NCBI GenBank assembly: GCA_963717635.1
Contig: OY970347.1
Location: 99,677 to 163,676, forward strand
Source: an uncultured bacterium
Lineage (GTDB): Bacteria; Actinomycetota; Thermoleophilia; Solirubrobacterales; 70-9
DNA: 64,000 nt
Reading direction: 5' to 3'
In this document: positions 17,788 through 26,859 of the stretch, one piece after another
Numbering within the stretch: the first letter of the stretch is position 1
Layout: each line of letters starts with the position of its first letter
The notes under the pieces: generated by a model
What the model saw: the letters and a program-made list of their open reading frames with translations, nothing else
Databases searched by the model: none
What the model was told of the DNA's origin: nothing
Position numbers and translations under genes: made by a program

Positions 17788-20001
17788 GTGTCCGTGACGC
17801 CGTCGGATACCGCACCCGCAAAGCACCGCGAGCTCGGTCTCAGCGACCACGAGTTCGAGCTGATCTCTGAACAGCTGGGCCGCGAGCCGAACGACGTCGA
17901 GCTGGCGATGTTCTCGCTGCTGTGGTCCGAGCACTGCGCCTACAAGCACTCGCGGAAGCTCCTGCGCCGGCTGCCGACCGAGGGCCCCCGGGTGGTCATG
18001 GGCCCGGGCGAGAACGCCGGGGCCGTTGACGTCGGTCGTGGGTACTCGGTCGCGTTCAAGGTCGAGTCGCACAACCATCCCAGCGCCGTCGAGCCGTTCC
18101 AGGGCGCCGCGACCGGCGTCGGCGGCATCCTGCGCGACGTCTTCGCGCTCGGCGCCCGGCCGATCGCCGTGCTCGACTCGCTCCGCTTCGGCGAGCTGGA
18201 ATCCGAGCGCTCGCGCTACCTGTTCGAACACGTCGTCGCCGGCATCGCCCACTACGGGAACTCGATCGGCGTGCCGACCGTCGGCGGCGAGGTCTATTTC
18301 GAGGCGCCCTACGAGCAGAACTGCCTGGTCAACGCGATGTGCGTCGGCCTCGCGCGCACCGAGGACATGGTCCGCTCTGCGGCGGCGGGCGTCGGCAACG
18401 TGGTCGTGCTGATCGGCGCCTCGACCGGGCGCGACGGCATCGGGGGGGCGTCCGTTCTCGCCTCGGCCGAGCTCGGTGACGGCGACGACGCCAAGCGCCC
18501 CAGCGTCCAGATCGGCGACCCGTTCGAGGAGTCGAAGCTGGTCGAGTGCTGCCTGGAGCTGCTCGCCGAGGGCCTGCTGGTCTCGCTCCAGGACCTCGGC
18601 GCCGCCGGGCTGACCTCGTCGGCGGCCGAGATGGCCTCCGGCGGCGGCGTCGGGATCGACGTCGACGTCGCGCGAGTCCCCCTGCGCGAGGCGGACATGG
18701 AGCCGTTCGAGGTGATGGTCTCCGAGTCGCAGGAGCGGATGCTCGCCGTGGTCGAGCCCGGGCAGGTGGAGCGCGTGACCGCGATCTGCGAGAAGTGGCA
18801 GGTCGGCCCGGCCCCGATCGGCGAGGTGACCGGGAACGGGTTGTTCCGGGTCTTGCAGGGCGCCGAGGTCGTCGGCGAGATGCCGGTCGCAGCGCTGGTC
18901 GACGGCTGCCCGCTGTACGACCTCGAGCCGGCCGAGCCGGAGGGCTGGATTTACGGGAACGCCAACACGCTGGCTGCAGACGAGCCGGCCGAGATCCTCA
19001 CGTCGCTGCTCGGGCAGCCCAGCATCGCCAGCAAGAAGTGGGCCTGGGAGCAGTACGACCCCGTGGTGGGATCGCGAACCGTTCGGCGGCCGGAGTCGGC
19101 CGACGCGGCGGTTCTGAACCTGCCCGAGGCCGGGAACGCGATCGCCGTCGCGATCGACGGCAACGGCCGGCGGGTGGCGTGCGATCCGTACCGTGGGACG
19201 GTCGAGGCGGTCCTCGAGTGTGCCCAGAACCTCGCCTGCGCCGGCGCCGAGCCGCTGGGGCTGACGAACTGCCTGAACTTCGGCAACCCGGAGAAGCCGG
19301 CCGTCGCCTGGCAGCTCGACCGCGCGGTCCAGGGCCTCGCCGACGCCTGCACCGAGCTGCAGATCCCGGTGGTGGGGGGCAACGTCTCGCTCTACAACGA
19401 GACCGACCAGGGGCCGATCTATCCGACGCCGGTGGTCGGTCTGGTCGGCGAGCTGCCCGATCCCGCGCGGGCGGGCGGGCTCGCGCTCGGCGAGGGCGAC
19501 ACGATCGCGCTGGCCGGGCCGTTCGCTCCCTCACTGGCCGGTTCGGAGCTCGCGAAGGTGCGCGGCGAGCTGGGGGCTGGGCTACCGGGCGTGGCAATCG
19601 GCGAGCACGCGACGGCCATGCGCTTCGTGCGCGACGCAGTTCGTGCCGGCCGGGTGACAGCCGCCCACGACATCAGCGACGGCGGCTTGGCCTGCGCGCT
19701 CGCCGAGATGGCGATCGCCGGCGGGATCGGAGCCAGCTGCGACTTCGATCCCCTGATCGAGGCGCGCGGTGCGGCGGGCGAGACCGCGGTCTTCGGCGAG
19801 GGGCCGGGCGGTTACCTGCTGGCAGGCCCGAGGGCCGGGCTGGACGCGCTGGTGACCGAGGCGAGCGGCGCCGGCGTCGACCTCTGGCTCGTCGGCAGCG
19901 CCGGTGGTTCGGCGATCGAGATCTCGGCTGCCGAGGTCGAGCTCGCGGTTCCGGTAGCGGACGCCGAGCAATCCTGGCGCTCGCTCGGCTCCCGGCTGTA
20001 A
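17788..20001 (+). CDS. purL: FGAM synthase II (large subunit)
   Basis: 737 aa. 'WSEHCAYKHS', 'ESHNHPS', 'NSIGVPTVGGE'. Confidence 0.95.
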   Translation: MSVTPSDTAPAKHRELGLSDHEFELISEQLGREPNDVELAMFSLLWSEHCAYKHSRKLLRRLPTEGPRVVMGPGENAGAVDVGRGYSVAFKVESHNHPSAVEPFQGAATGVGGILRDVFALGARPIAVLDSLRFGELESERSRYLFEHVVAGIAHYGNSIGVPTVGGEVYFEAPYEQNCLVNAMCVGLARTEDMVRSAAAGVGNVVVLIGASTGRDGIGGASVLASAELGDGDDAKRPSVQIGDPFEESKLVECCLELLAEGLLVSLQDLGAAGLTSSAAEMASGGGVGIDVDVARVPLREADMEPFEVMVSESQERMLAVVEPGQVERVTAICEKWQVGPAPIGEVTGNGLFRVLQGAEVVGEMPVAALVDGCPLYDLEPAEPEGWIYGNANTLAADEPAEILTSLLGQPSIASKKWAWEQYDPVVGSRTVRRPESADAAVLNLPEAGNAIAVAIDGNGRRVACDPYRGTVEAVLECAQNLACAGAEPLGLTNCLNFGNPEKPAVAWQLDRAVQGLADACTELQIPVVGGNVSLYNETDQGPIYPTPVVGLVGELPDPARAGGLALGEGDTIALAGPFAPSLAGSELAKVRGELGAGLPGVAIGEHATAMRFVRDAVRAGRVTAAHDISDGGLACALAEMAIAGGIGASCDFDPLIEARGAAGETAVFGEGPGGYLLAGPRAGLDALVTEASGAGVDLWLVGSAGGSAIEISAAEVELAVPVADAEQSWRSLGSRL

Positions 20002-20217
20002 CCAATCCGTCTGGTTCGTCTTCGTCGGAATCGCAGCCCTCGCCGCGGCCCGCGAACCGCGAAGCCGCCGATCCGGTGGAACTAGCGAGCGCGCTCGCCT
20101 GATCAGGCGCATTTCGGGCGCATTTCGACAGCGGCCGAATCCGGGACCGCTGCTAGCCTTGTGTTTCAGGCATCCGCCTGCCTCGCCAGTCTCTGAAACG
20201 ACGACAGCGAAGCCCTT

Positions 20218-21687
20218 ATGAGTTCTCCAACGCGGCCCCAAGAGGACCGCTCACACGATCCGATTTCGGACCGCGACGGACCGCGCGACGAGTGCGGCGT
20301 GTTCGGCGTTTACGCGCCCGACCAGGAGGTCGCGAAGCTGGCCTACTTCGCCCTCTACGCGCTTCAGCACCGCGGCCAGGAGTCGGCGGGAATCGCCACC
20401 TGCGAGGGCGGGCACATCACCACGCTTCGCGACACCGGGCTCGTTTCCCAGGTCTTCGACGAGCAGAAGCTGCGCGCCCTTGACGGCGACATGGCGATCG
20501 GGCACGTGCGCTACTCGACCACAGGCGGCGGCTCCTGGGACAACACGCAGCCCGTCTGGCGCGACGATGGACGCGAGGTTGCGCTGGCCCACAACGGCAA
20601 CTTGACCAACGCCGTCGAGCTCTACAGCGAGCTGACCGAACAGGGCCTCCGCTTCCGCGGAACGTCGGACTCGGAGATCATCGCGGCGCTCCTTTCGGTC
20701 AACGAACAGCGCCCGATCGAGAACGCGGTCGAAGCCGTGATGCCGCGGCTGAAGGGCGCCTACTCAACCGTGGTGATGACCAAACGGGCGGTGGTGGCCT
20801 TCCGCGACCCGCACGGCGTCCGGCCGCTCTCGCTGGGCCAGCTCGGCGACCAGTACTGCGTCGCCTCCGAGAGTTGCGCTTTCGACATCATCGGCGCCAA
20901 GCTGCTGCGCGAGGTACAGCCGGGCGAGCTGATCTCAATCGGCGAGCGCGGGATCGAGACCCGCCAGGTCGTCGAGCCGAATCGCCCCGCGCAGTGCGTC
21001 TTCGAGCACATCTACTTCTCGCGGCCGGACTCCCGGTTGGAGGGCCACGTGCTGCAGGAGGTCCGCGGCAAGATGGGCGAGATCCTCTGGCGCGAGGCGC
21101 CGGTCGAGGCCGACCTGGTGATCTCGGTCCCCGACTCGGGGAATCCCGCGGCGAACGGCTTCGCGCGCGCGGCCGGCCTGCCCAAGGACGACGGCCTGAT
21201 CAAGAACCGCTACGTCGCCCGCACCTTTATCCAGCCGGGGCAAGAGCTGCGCAAGCACGGTCTGCGGATGAAGTTCAACCCGCTCCCGGAGATCCTGGCC
21301 GGCAAGCGGGTGGTCGTGGTCGACGACTCGATCGTGCGCGGAAACACCACCCGCCAGATCGTGGGCATGCTGCGCGACGCGGGAGCGACCGAGGTCCACC
21401 TGCGGATCTCGGCGCCGCCGATCCGCAACCCCTGCCACTACGGGGTGGACATGTCGACGCGCGAGGAGATGATCGCCCACAACCGGACGGTCGAGGAGAT
21501 CGCCGCCGAGCTCAAGGCCGACTCGCTCGCCTACCTCTCGCTCGACGGCGTCTACGAGGCGGTCGGGACGCCGCGGGCGGTCCACTGCGATGCGTGCTTC
21601 ACCGGCGAGTATCCGCTGGGCGAAGCCGATGGCGACGCGGACGGCAAGTTCGCCCTGGAAGAGATCGCCACCATCCCCGTGCGGTAG
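20218..21687 (+). CDS. purF: Amidophosphoribosyltransferase
   Basis: Propeptide followed by 'CGVFGV'. PRPP loop 'VVVDDSIVRGNT'. C-terminal Cys ligands 'CDACFTGEYP'. Confidence 0.95.
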   Translation: MSSPTRPQEDRSHDPISDRDGPRDECGVFGVYAPDQEVAKLAYFALYALQHRGQESAGIATCEGGHITTLRDTGLVSQVFDEQKLRALDGDMAIGHVRYSTTGGGSWDNTQPVWRDDGREVALAHNGNLTNAVELYSELTEQGLRFRGTSDSEIIAALLSVNEQRPIENAVEAVMPRLKGAYSTVVMTKRAVVAFRDPHGVRPLSLGQLGDQYCVASESCAFDIIGAKLLREVQPGELISIGERGIETRQVVEPNRPAQCVFEHIYFSRPDSRLEGHVLQEVRGKMGEILWREAPVEADLVISVPDSGNPAANGFARAAGLPKDDGLIKNRYVARTFIQPGQELRKHGLRMKFNPLPEILAGKRVVVVDDSIVRGNTTRQIVGMLRDAGATEVHLRISAPPIRNPCHYGVDMSTREEMIAHNRTVEEIAAELKADSLAYLSLDGVYEAVGTPRAVHCDACFTGEYPLGEADGDADGKFALEEIATIPVR

Positions 21688-21698
21688 GGGCCTTCTAG

Positions 21699-23207
21699 TT
21701 GCCCTCCGACGCGCTCCGCAGGCACTTCGGGCATCCGGGCTTCCGCCGCGGGCAGCGCGAGGCGGTCGAGGCCGCGCTGGCCGGCCGCGACGTGCTGCTG
21801 GTGATGCCGACCGGAGCCGGCAAGTCGCTTTGCTACCAGCTGCCGGCGCTGGAGGACACCGAACGGCTGACGGTGGTCGTCTCGCCCCTGGTGTCGCTGA
21901 TGCAGGACCAGGTGGCGGGTCTGGGGGACAGGGCCGAACTGGTCAACGCGCAACGCGACGCCAGCCAGAACGCCGAGTCGGTGCGGCGCGCGCTGGCCGG
22001 CGAGGTGAGCCTGCTGTACGTCGCCCCGGAGCGCTTCTGGACACCCGGCTTCGGCGAGCAGCTCAAGGGCCGGATCGGGATGTTCGTGGTCGACGAGGCG
22101 CATTGCGTGAGCCAGTGGGGACACGACTTCCGGCCCGAGTACCACCGTCTGGGCACGGTCGCGGAGCGGCTCGGCGTTCGGTCGATCTTTGCCGCGACTG
22201 CGACCGCCACGCCGCGAGTACAGGAGGACATCGTCCGGCGGCTCGGTCTCAGCGACCCGGTGCGGATCGCGACCGGGTTCGAGCGACCGAACCTGAGCTA
22301 CGACGTGGTGGGGGTGCGCGGCGACCGCGGCCGCGAGAACGCGCTCTCGGCGCTGATGCGAGAGCCCGGGGCGCTGCCGGCGATCGTCTACTCGGGCACG
22401 AGAAAACGTACGGAGGCGACCGCGGAGCGGCTCACCCGCGAGCTGGGGCAGCCGGTGTCCGCGTACCACGCCGGGATGGAGCGCGAGCCGCGCGCCGAGT
22501 CCCAACGGGCGTTCATGGCGGGGGAGGCGCCGGTCGTCGTCGCCACCAACGCGTTCGGCATGGGCGTCGACAAGGCGAACGTGCGGACTGTCGTCCACGA
22601 GGCGGTGCCGTCGTCGCTCGAGGCCTACTACCAGGAGGCCGGCCGCGCGGGCCGTGATGGGCTGCCGTCGCGCTGCGTGCTGCTCGCCAACCCGCAGGAC
22701 AAGGGCCTCCACGTGTTCTTCATCAACCAGACCGAGGATCCCGAGGCCGTCAAGCAGCGCTGGGCTCAGTACCGCGCGATCTGGGGCTACGTCGACGGTG
22801 AGGCCTGCCGCCGCACGGCGATCCTCAAGCACTTCGGCGACCGGACGGAGCCGCAGGCCGAGGGGCGCTGTTGCGACGTCTGCGACGGGCCGCTGTCGAT
22901 TGCCCCGGCCCCGGTGCGCAAGGCGGCCGCGACCGGCGATGGCGGCGCCCGGGATGCAATCGTCGCGGTCGTGGAATCGGCGTCGCCGGCGGTCGGCCGG
23001 ACGCGCGCGGTCGAGATCCTGCGCGGCGGGCGCAGCAAGGTGGTCCTCAAGTACGGCTACGACGAGCTGCCGGGCTACGCCGAGCTCAATGACTGGCGAG
23101 CCGATGACCTGCTCGCCGAGGTTGACGCCCTGATCGAGGCGGGGACCCTGCGATCGACCGGCGGCAGGTTCCCGAAGCTGGCGGTCTCGGAGGCCGAGGC
23201 GGCGTGA
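21699..23207 (+). CDS. recQ: RecQ-family ATP-dependent DNA helicase (helicase + Zn/RQC domains; no HRDC evident)
   Basis: 'MPTGAGKSLCYQLPA', 'VVDEAHCVSQWGHDFRPEY', Zn motif 'CRR..ILKHFG...CCDVCD'. TTG start 11 nt after purF. Confidence 0.9.
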   Translation: MPSDALRRHFGHPGFRRGQREAVEAALAGRDVLLVMPTGAGKSLCYQLPALEDTERLTVVVSPLVSLMQDQVAGLGDRAELVNAQRDASQNAESVRRALAGEVSLLYVAPERFWTPGFGEQLKGRIGMFVVDEAHCVSQWGHDFRPEYHRLGTVAERLGVRSIFAATATATPRVQEDIVRRLGLSDPVRIATGFERPNLSYDVVGVRGDRGRENALSALMREPGALPAIVYSGTRKRTEATAERLTRELGQPVSAYHAGMEREPRAESQRAFMAGEAPVVVATNAFGMGVDKANVRTVVHEAVPSSLEAYYQEAGRAGRDGLPSRCVLLANPQDKGLHVFFINQTEDPEAVKQRWAQYRAIWGYVDGEACRRTAILKHFGDRTEPQAEGRCCDVCDGPLSIAPAPVRKAAATGDGGARDAIVAVVESASPAVGRTRAVEILRGGRSKVVLKYGYDELPGYAELNDWRADDLLAEVDALIEAGTLRSTGGRFPKLAVSEAEAA

Positions 23208-23830
23208 GGCTCCGCGTCGCGGTGCTGGCGTCGGGCGGCGGCACGAACCTCCAGGCGATTCTGGACAAGCTCCATGGCCGCGACGGGATCGAGGTGGTGG
23301 GAGTGGCCTCGGACAAACCCGCCGCGCAGGCGCTGGAGCGGGCCCGGACCGCCGGCGTCGATACGGAGGTCTTCGCCGGCTCGGCGTTCGCCGATCGCGC
23401 CGCGCGGGACCGGGCTCTGGCCGAGTGGCTCGGCGAGCGGGACGTGGAGCTGGTGGTCCTGGCCGGCTACATGCAGCTGCTCTCGCCGGAGTTCATCGCG
23501 CGCTTCGAGAACCGGATCGTGAACGTCCACCCGGCGCTGCTGCCGGCGTTTCCGGGGCTTGATGCGGTCGCGCAGGCGCTGGCTCATGGCGTGCGGGTGA
23601 CCGGGGTGACCGTCCACTTCGTCGACGAAGGCGTGGACACCGGGCCGATCATCTCCCAGCGCGCGGTCCCGGTCCCGGCGGATCGGACGTGGGACACGTT
23701 GGAGGACGCGATCCACGCCACCGAACACGAGCTTCTGCCCGACGCGATCCGCCTGATCGCGGCGGGCCGGGTGTCGTTCGACCCGGCGAACCCGCGGCTC
23801 GTGGTCGTCAGCCCTGCCGCGGCTCGATAA
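23204..23830 (+). CDS. purN: Phosphoribosylglycinamide formyltransferase
   Basis: GTGA overlap with the recQ stop. 'VLASGGGTNLQAI', 'NVHPALLPAFPG', 'TVHFVDEGVDTGPII'. Confidence 0.95.
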   Translation: MRLRVAVLASGGGTNLQAILDKLHGRDGIEVVGVASDKPAAQALERARTAGVDTEVFAGSAFADRAARDRALAEWLGERDVELVVLAGYMQLLSPEFIARFENRIVNVHPALLPAFPGLDAVAQALAHGVRVTGVTVHFVDEGVDTGPIISQRAVPVPADRTWDTLEDAIHATEHELLPDAIRLIAAGRVSFDPANPRLVVVSPAAAR

Positions 23831-23999
23831 GCAGAGCACGCGCCGCTGCGAGCGTCTCGCCGTCGGCTGTGAGCACCGCCGAACCGGCGTGGTGCTTGCG
23901 GCCGTCGACCTCGCCACGGGCGCTCAGTGTAAGCGCGCCTGGGATGACGAACCAGCCGGTCGCGGCGAATCGGCGGAGCCGACAGGTAAGGTCGGCGTC

Positions 24000-25628
24000 A
24001 TGCCTGAGCGGATGATGGAGGAGGTCGAGGCCACCGAGGGCGGAGCTCCTCCCGCCGGTGAGCCGCTGCGCGTGCGGCGGGCGCTGATCTCCGTGTCCGA
24101 CAAGACCGGGGTGGTCGATTTCGCACGTGGATTGAGCGAGATGGGCGTCGAGTTGCTGTCCACGGGCGGCACCGCGACGGCGATCCGTGATGCGGGGCTC
24201 GAGGTCACCGATGTCGCCGAGTTCACCGGGCAGGACGAGATCCTCGGCGGGCGCGTGAAGACACTGCACCCGCGGCTGCACGCGGCGCTGCTGGCAAAGC
24301 GCGACGACCCCGAGCACATGGCGACCCTCGCCGCCGAGGGGATCGAACCGATCGACCTGGTGTGCGTGAACCTCTACCCGTTCCAGGAGACGGTCGCACG
24401 AGCCGACGTCACCGAGGCGGAGGCGGTCGAGAACATCGACATCGGCGGTCCGACGATGATCCGCGCGGCGGCCAAGAACCATCACTCGGTCGCGGTCGTG
24501 GTGCGGCCTGAGAGCTACGACGCGGTGCTCGCCGAGCTCGACGCCAGCGACGGCGCGATCTCGGAGGAGACGCGGCACTGGCTGGCGAACGAGGCGTTCG
24601 CCGACATCGCCGGATACGACGCCGCGATCTCGCGTTGGTTCGGGATGCGCTACGAGGCGTTCCCCCAGTGGTGGGTCTTCGCGTACGAGAAGTTCCTCGA
24701 CCTGTCGTACGGCGAGAACCCGCACCAGAAGGGGGCGCTGTACGTCGAGACCGGCGCCCGGTCACACGTGCTTGCCCGGGTGTCGAAGCTGCACGGCCGG
24801 GCGCTGTCGTTCAACAACGTCCTCGACCTCGACGCGGCGAGCAAGCTGCTGGCCGAGTTCTCGGAGCCGGCAGCGGTGATCGTCAAGCACAACAACCCCT
24901 GCGGAGCGGCGATCGCGGACAGCATCGGAGACGCCTACGAGAAGGCACTGGCGTGCGACCCGATGTCGGCGTTCGGCGGGGTGATCGCACTCAACCGGCC
25001 GGTCGATCGAGCGCTCGCGGAGCGACTCCACGAGAACTTCATCGAGGTCCTGGTGGCGCCCGGGTTCGCAGACGAAGCGCTTGCCGTACTGACCCAGAAG
25101 GAGGCAGTCCGGATCCTCCACAACACCGAGCAGCGGGGGCCGGAGCCGCGCGAGCGTGATCTGAAGAGGGTGCGCGGCGGGCTGCTGGTCCAGACGCCGG
25201 ACCTGCTCGAGGAGGACCGCGAATCGATGGAGGTGGTCACCGCCGCCCAGCCGAGCGAGGAACAGTGGCGCGACCTGCTGTTCGCCTGGGCGGTCTGCAA
25301 GCACGTGCGTTCGAACGCGATCGTCTTCGCTCGAGACGGCGCGACACGCGGTATCGGCGCCGGGCAGATGAGCCGAGTGGATTCGGTGCGGATCGCGGTC
25401 GAGAAAGCCGGTGACGCGTTCGCGGGCGAATCCGAGCCGCTGGCGGGATCGGCGGTGGCGTCGGATGCGTTCTTCCCGTTCGCCGACGGCCCGCAGGGTG
25501 CGCTCGACGCGGGCGCCACCGCGGTGATCCAGCCCGGCGGGTCGAAGCGGGACGACGAGGTGATCGCCGCGGTCGACGAGCGCGGAGCGGCCATGGTCTT
25601 CACGCGTAGGCGCCACTTCCGGCACTGA
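24000..25628 (+). CDS. purH: Bifunctional AICAR transformylase / IMP cyclohydrolase
   Basis: 'RALISVSDKTG', 'GGRVKTLHP', 'VKHNNPCG', C-terminal 'FTRRRHFRH'. ATG 24000 follows an AAGG SD. Confidence 0.95.
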   Translation: MPERMMEEVEATEGGAPPAGEPLRVRRALISVSDKTGVVDFARGLSEMGVELLSTGGTATAIRDAGLEVTDVAEFTGQDEILGGRVKTLHPRLHAALLAKRDDPEHMATLAAEGIEPIDLVCVNLYPFQETVARADVTEAEAVENIDIGGPTMIRAAAKNHHSVAVVVRPESYDAVLAELDASDGAISEETRHWLANEAFADIAGYDAAISRWFGMRYEAFPQWWVFAYEKFLDLSYGENPHQKGALYVETGARSHVLARVSKLHGRALSFNNVLDLDAASKLLAEFSEPAAVIVKHNNPCGAAIADSIGDAYEKALACDPMSAFGGVIALNRPVDRALAERLHENFIEVLVAPGFADEALAVLTQKEAVRILHNTEQRGPEPRERDLKRVRGGLLVQTPDLLEEDRESMEVVTAAQPSEEQWRDLLFAWAVCKHVRSNAIVFARDGATRGIGAGQMSRVDSVRIAVEKAGDAFAGESEPLAGSAVASDAFFPFADGPQGALDAGATAVIQPGGSKRDDEVIAAVDERGAAMVFTRRRHFRH

Positions 25629-26202
25629 GGCGGCATGCACCTGACGGGAGCACTTCGAACGGCTCCAACCCGGCGGCTCGCAGGCCTTCGTCCCACGACA
25701 TGAAGGTTTGGTCGCGAATAACGAGCCCGTCCCGCACGGTGACTAGCTGCGCGATCGCCTGATCCAGCACCACTCCGCTACCGCGTCCGCGTGTGCGCCA
25801 GAGCCCAAGATTGAGCAAGCGGTTACCGAGGTCGAGCATGTAAAGGGGCTCCAGCTCAGAGCCCCATACCTCGAAGAGCTTGTTCATCGCCTCGATCCTT
25901 CCCTCGAGGCCCCGGAAGGAGGCAGGTAGGCCTAGCGTCTGCATCGCGGGCGGAAACTCGAACAGGGTGTCAGACGCGAAGAGCAGAAAGTTGAGCTCGA
26001 AGTCCCGCCGCTCGAAGGAGGCCCAGCCCGAGTCAACTGCCCGCCGCAGGAGCAGCCGCCTCAGTCGCGAGCGAGGATCGAGGCGAAAAAGGCGTGGGGC
26101 CAGTCCCCGGTACAGCGATGGAAGGAGAACCATGAGGCGCTCCTGGAGATTCCGCGGCCTCGGACCCGTGGAGCCCACCCGGGTGACGACGACGTTGGGC
26201 AT
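25600..26202 (-). CDS. NTF2/SnoaL-like domain protein
   Basis: 'FERRDFE...', 'FRGLEGRIEAMNKLFEVW', 'GRGSGVVLDQ..AQLVTVRDGLVIR' match the SnoaL-type pattern. GC is visibly lower than in neighbours. The 3' end overlaps purH convergently by 29 nt. Confidence 0.6.
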   Translation of the reverse strand: MPNVVVTRVGSTGPRPRNLQERLMVLLPSLYRGLAPRLFRLDPRSRLRRLLLRRAVDSGWASFERRDFELNFLLFASDTLFEFPPAMQTLGLPASFRGLEGRIEAMNKLFEVWGSELEPLYMLDLGNRLLNLGLWRTRGRGSGVVLDQAIAQLVTVRDGLVIRDQTFMSWDEGLRAAGLEPFEVLPSGACRLSAGSGAYA

Positions 26203-26312
26203 TTGCGCGGACACTGCCTCGCACCAGCGCTTCGAATGAGGTGGAGCACAGAGCTGTTCGCCCAACCGCCGAGATGGGCGGGCTTGAACCTCGCGCACAC
26301 GGTGCCGAGCAG

Positions 26313-26385
26313 TGCCCCCGGGAGGAGTCGAACCTCCGACGCCCGGAGTAAAAATCCGGCGCTCTGACCGCTGAGCTACGGGGGC
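26313..26385 (-). tRNA. tRNA-Lys (anticodon UUU)
   Basis: Hand-folded 73-nt cloverleaf: acceptor GCCCCCG/CGGGGGC, D stem GCTC/GAGC, anticodon stem CCGGA/TCCGG with loop TT-TTT-AC, T arm GGAGG-TTCGACT-CCTCC. CCA is not encoded. Confidence 0.95.
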
Positions 26386-26474
26386 GCCGGAATCGTAGAC
26401 GGGAGCCGGCGCGGGGGCCCAGCAGATTCCGATCGGGATTGGGCAATTGACTCTGCCGGTTTACGATCGGGCGG

Positions 26475-26783
26475 ATGCCGGACGAGGAGATCGACCAAAC
26501 TCGCCTCGCTGAGGCGCTGCGCACGCCGGTCCACCAGGGCGAGCGCTACGTGCCGTTCGGCGAGCTGACCCTCGCTGAGGCCGAGGATCGGGCGCAGAGC
26601 CTGGCCTCGGTGGGAGGCTGGGGGCCACTGGCGCGGGCGGCGAAGGTCGCCCACGCCTGGCGGGATCTGGCGGTTCAGATGCGCCAGGGCGAAGCCGCGA
26701 CCGTGGCCGATCTCGAGCCGGTCACGATCCTGCGATTTGCCGAGTACCTGTGGGTAATCGCCCCGAAGGAGGGGCTGATCTGA
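26475..26783 (+). CDS. Hypothetical protein
   Basis: 102-aa ORF with coding-like GC3 and no recognisable motif. Sits between tRNA-Lys and the nur-like gene. Confidence 0.4.
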   Translation: MPDEEIDQTRLAEALRTPVHQGERYVPFGELTLAEAEDRAQSLASVGGWGPLARAAKVAHAWRDLAVQMRQGEAATVADLEPVTILRFAEYLWVIAPKEGLI

Positions 26784-26790
26784 TCGGGGG

Positions 26791-26820
26791 TTGACCCGAG
26801 CCATTGCGGCGAGTTAGTGT
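26791..26820 (+). promoter_or_regulatory. Candidate sigma-70-type promoter of the nur-like operon
   Basis: TTGACC (26791-26796), 17-18 nt spacer, TAGTGT (26815-26820, TANNNT). Confidence 0.35.
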
Positions 26821-26846
26821 CTGTTGCAAGTTGATCGCAATAGACA
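26818..26846. promoter_or_regulatory. Nur-box-like operator: TTGCAA-GTTGA-TCGCAA (26824-26840) inside a 10-bp-arm inverted repeat
   Basis: Matches TTGCAA-N5-TTGCAA at 11 of 12 positions. Outer arms TGTCTGTTGC / GCAATAGACA match at 9 of 10. It starts within the -10 and lies 20 nt upstream of ATG 26860. Confidence 0.55.
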
Positions 26847-26859
26847 TTCACTCGCGGAT

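Noticed and set aside
20002-20217. ZTP, PRPP or purine riboswitch upstream of purF
   Set aside because: 'CCGCCTGCC' superficially resembles the ZTP tail, but the conserved G-run and the 5' GACUGGCG block are missing. No purine-aptamer three-way-junction motifs were seen either. The region is kept only as an unclassified structured leader.
25600-26800. Genomic island integrated at tRNA-Lys
   Set aside because: No integrase, no direct repeat of the tRNA 3' end and no further cargo were seen. Only a single lower-GC gene is present.
26824-26859. TTG 26824 as the start of the Fur-family gene
   Set aside because: This TTG is the first half-site of the Nur-box-like operator. ATG 26860 gives a normal Fur-family N-terminus.
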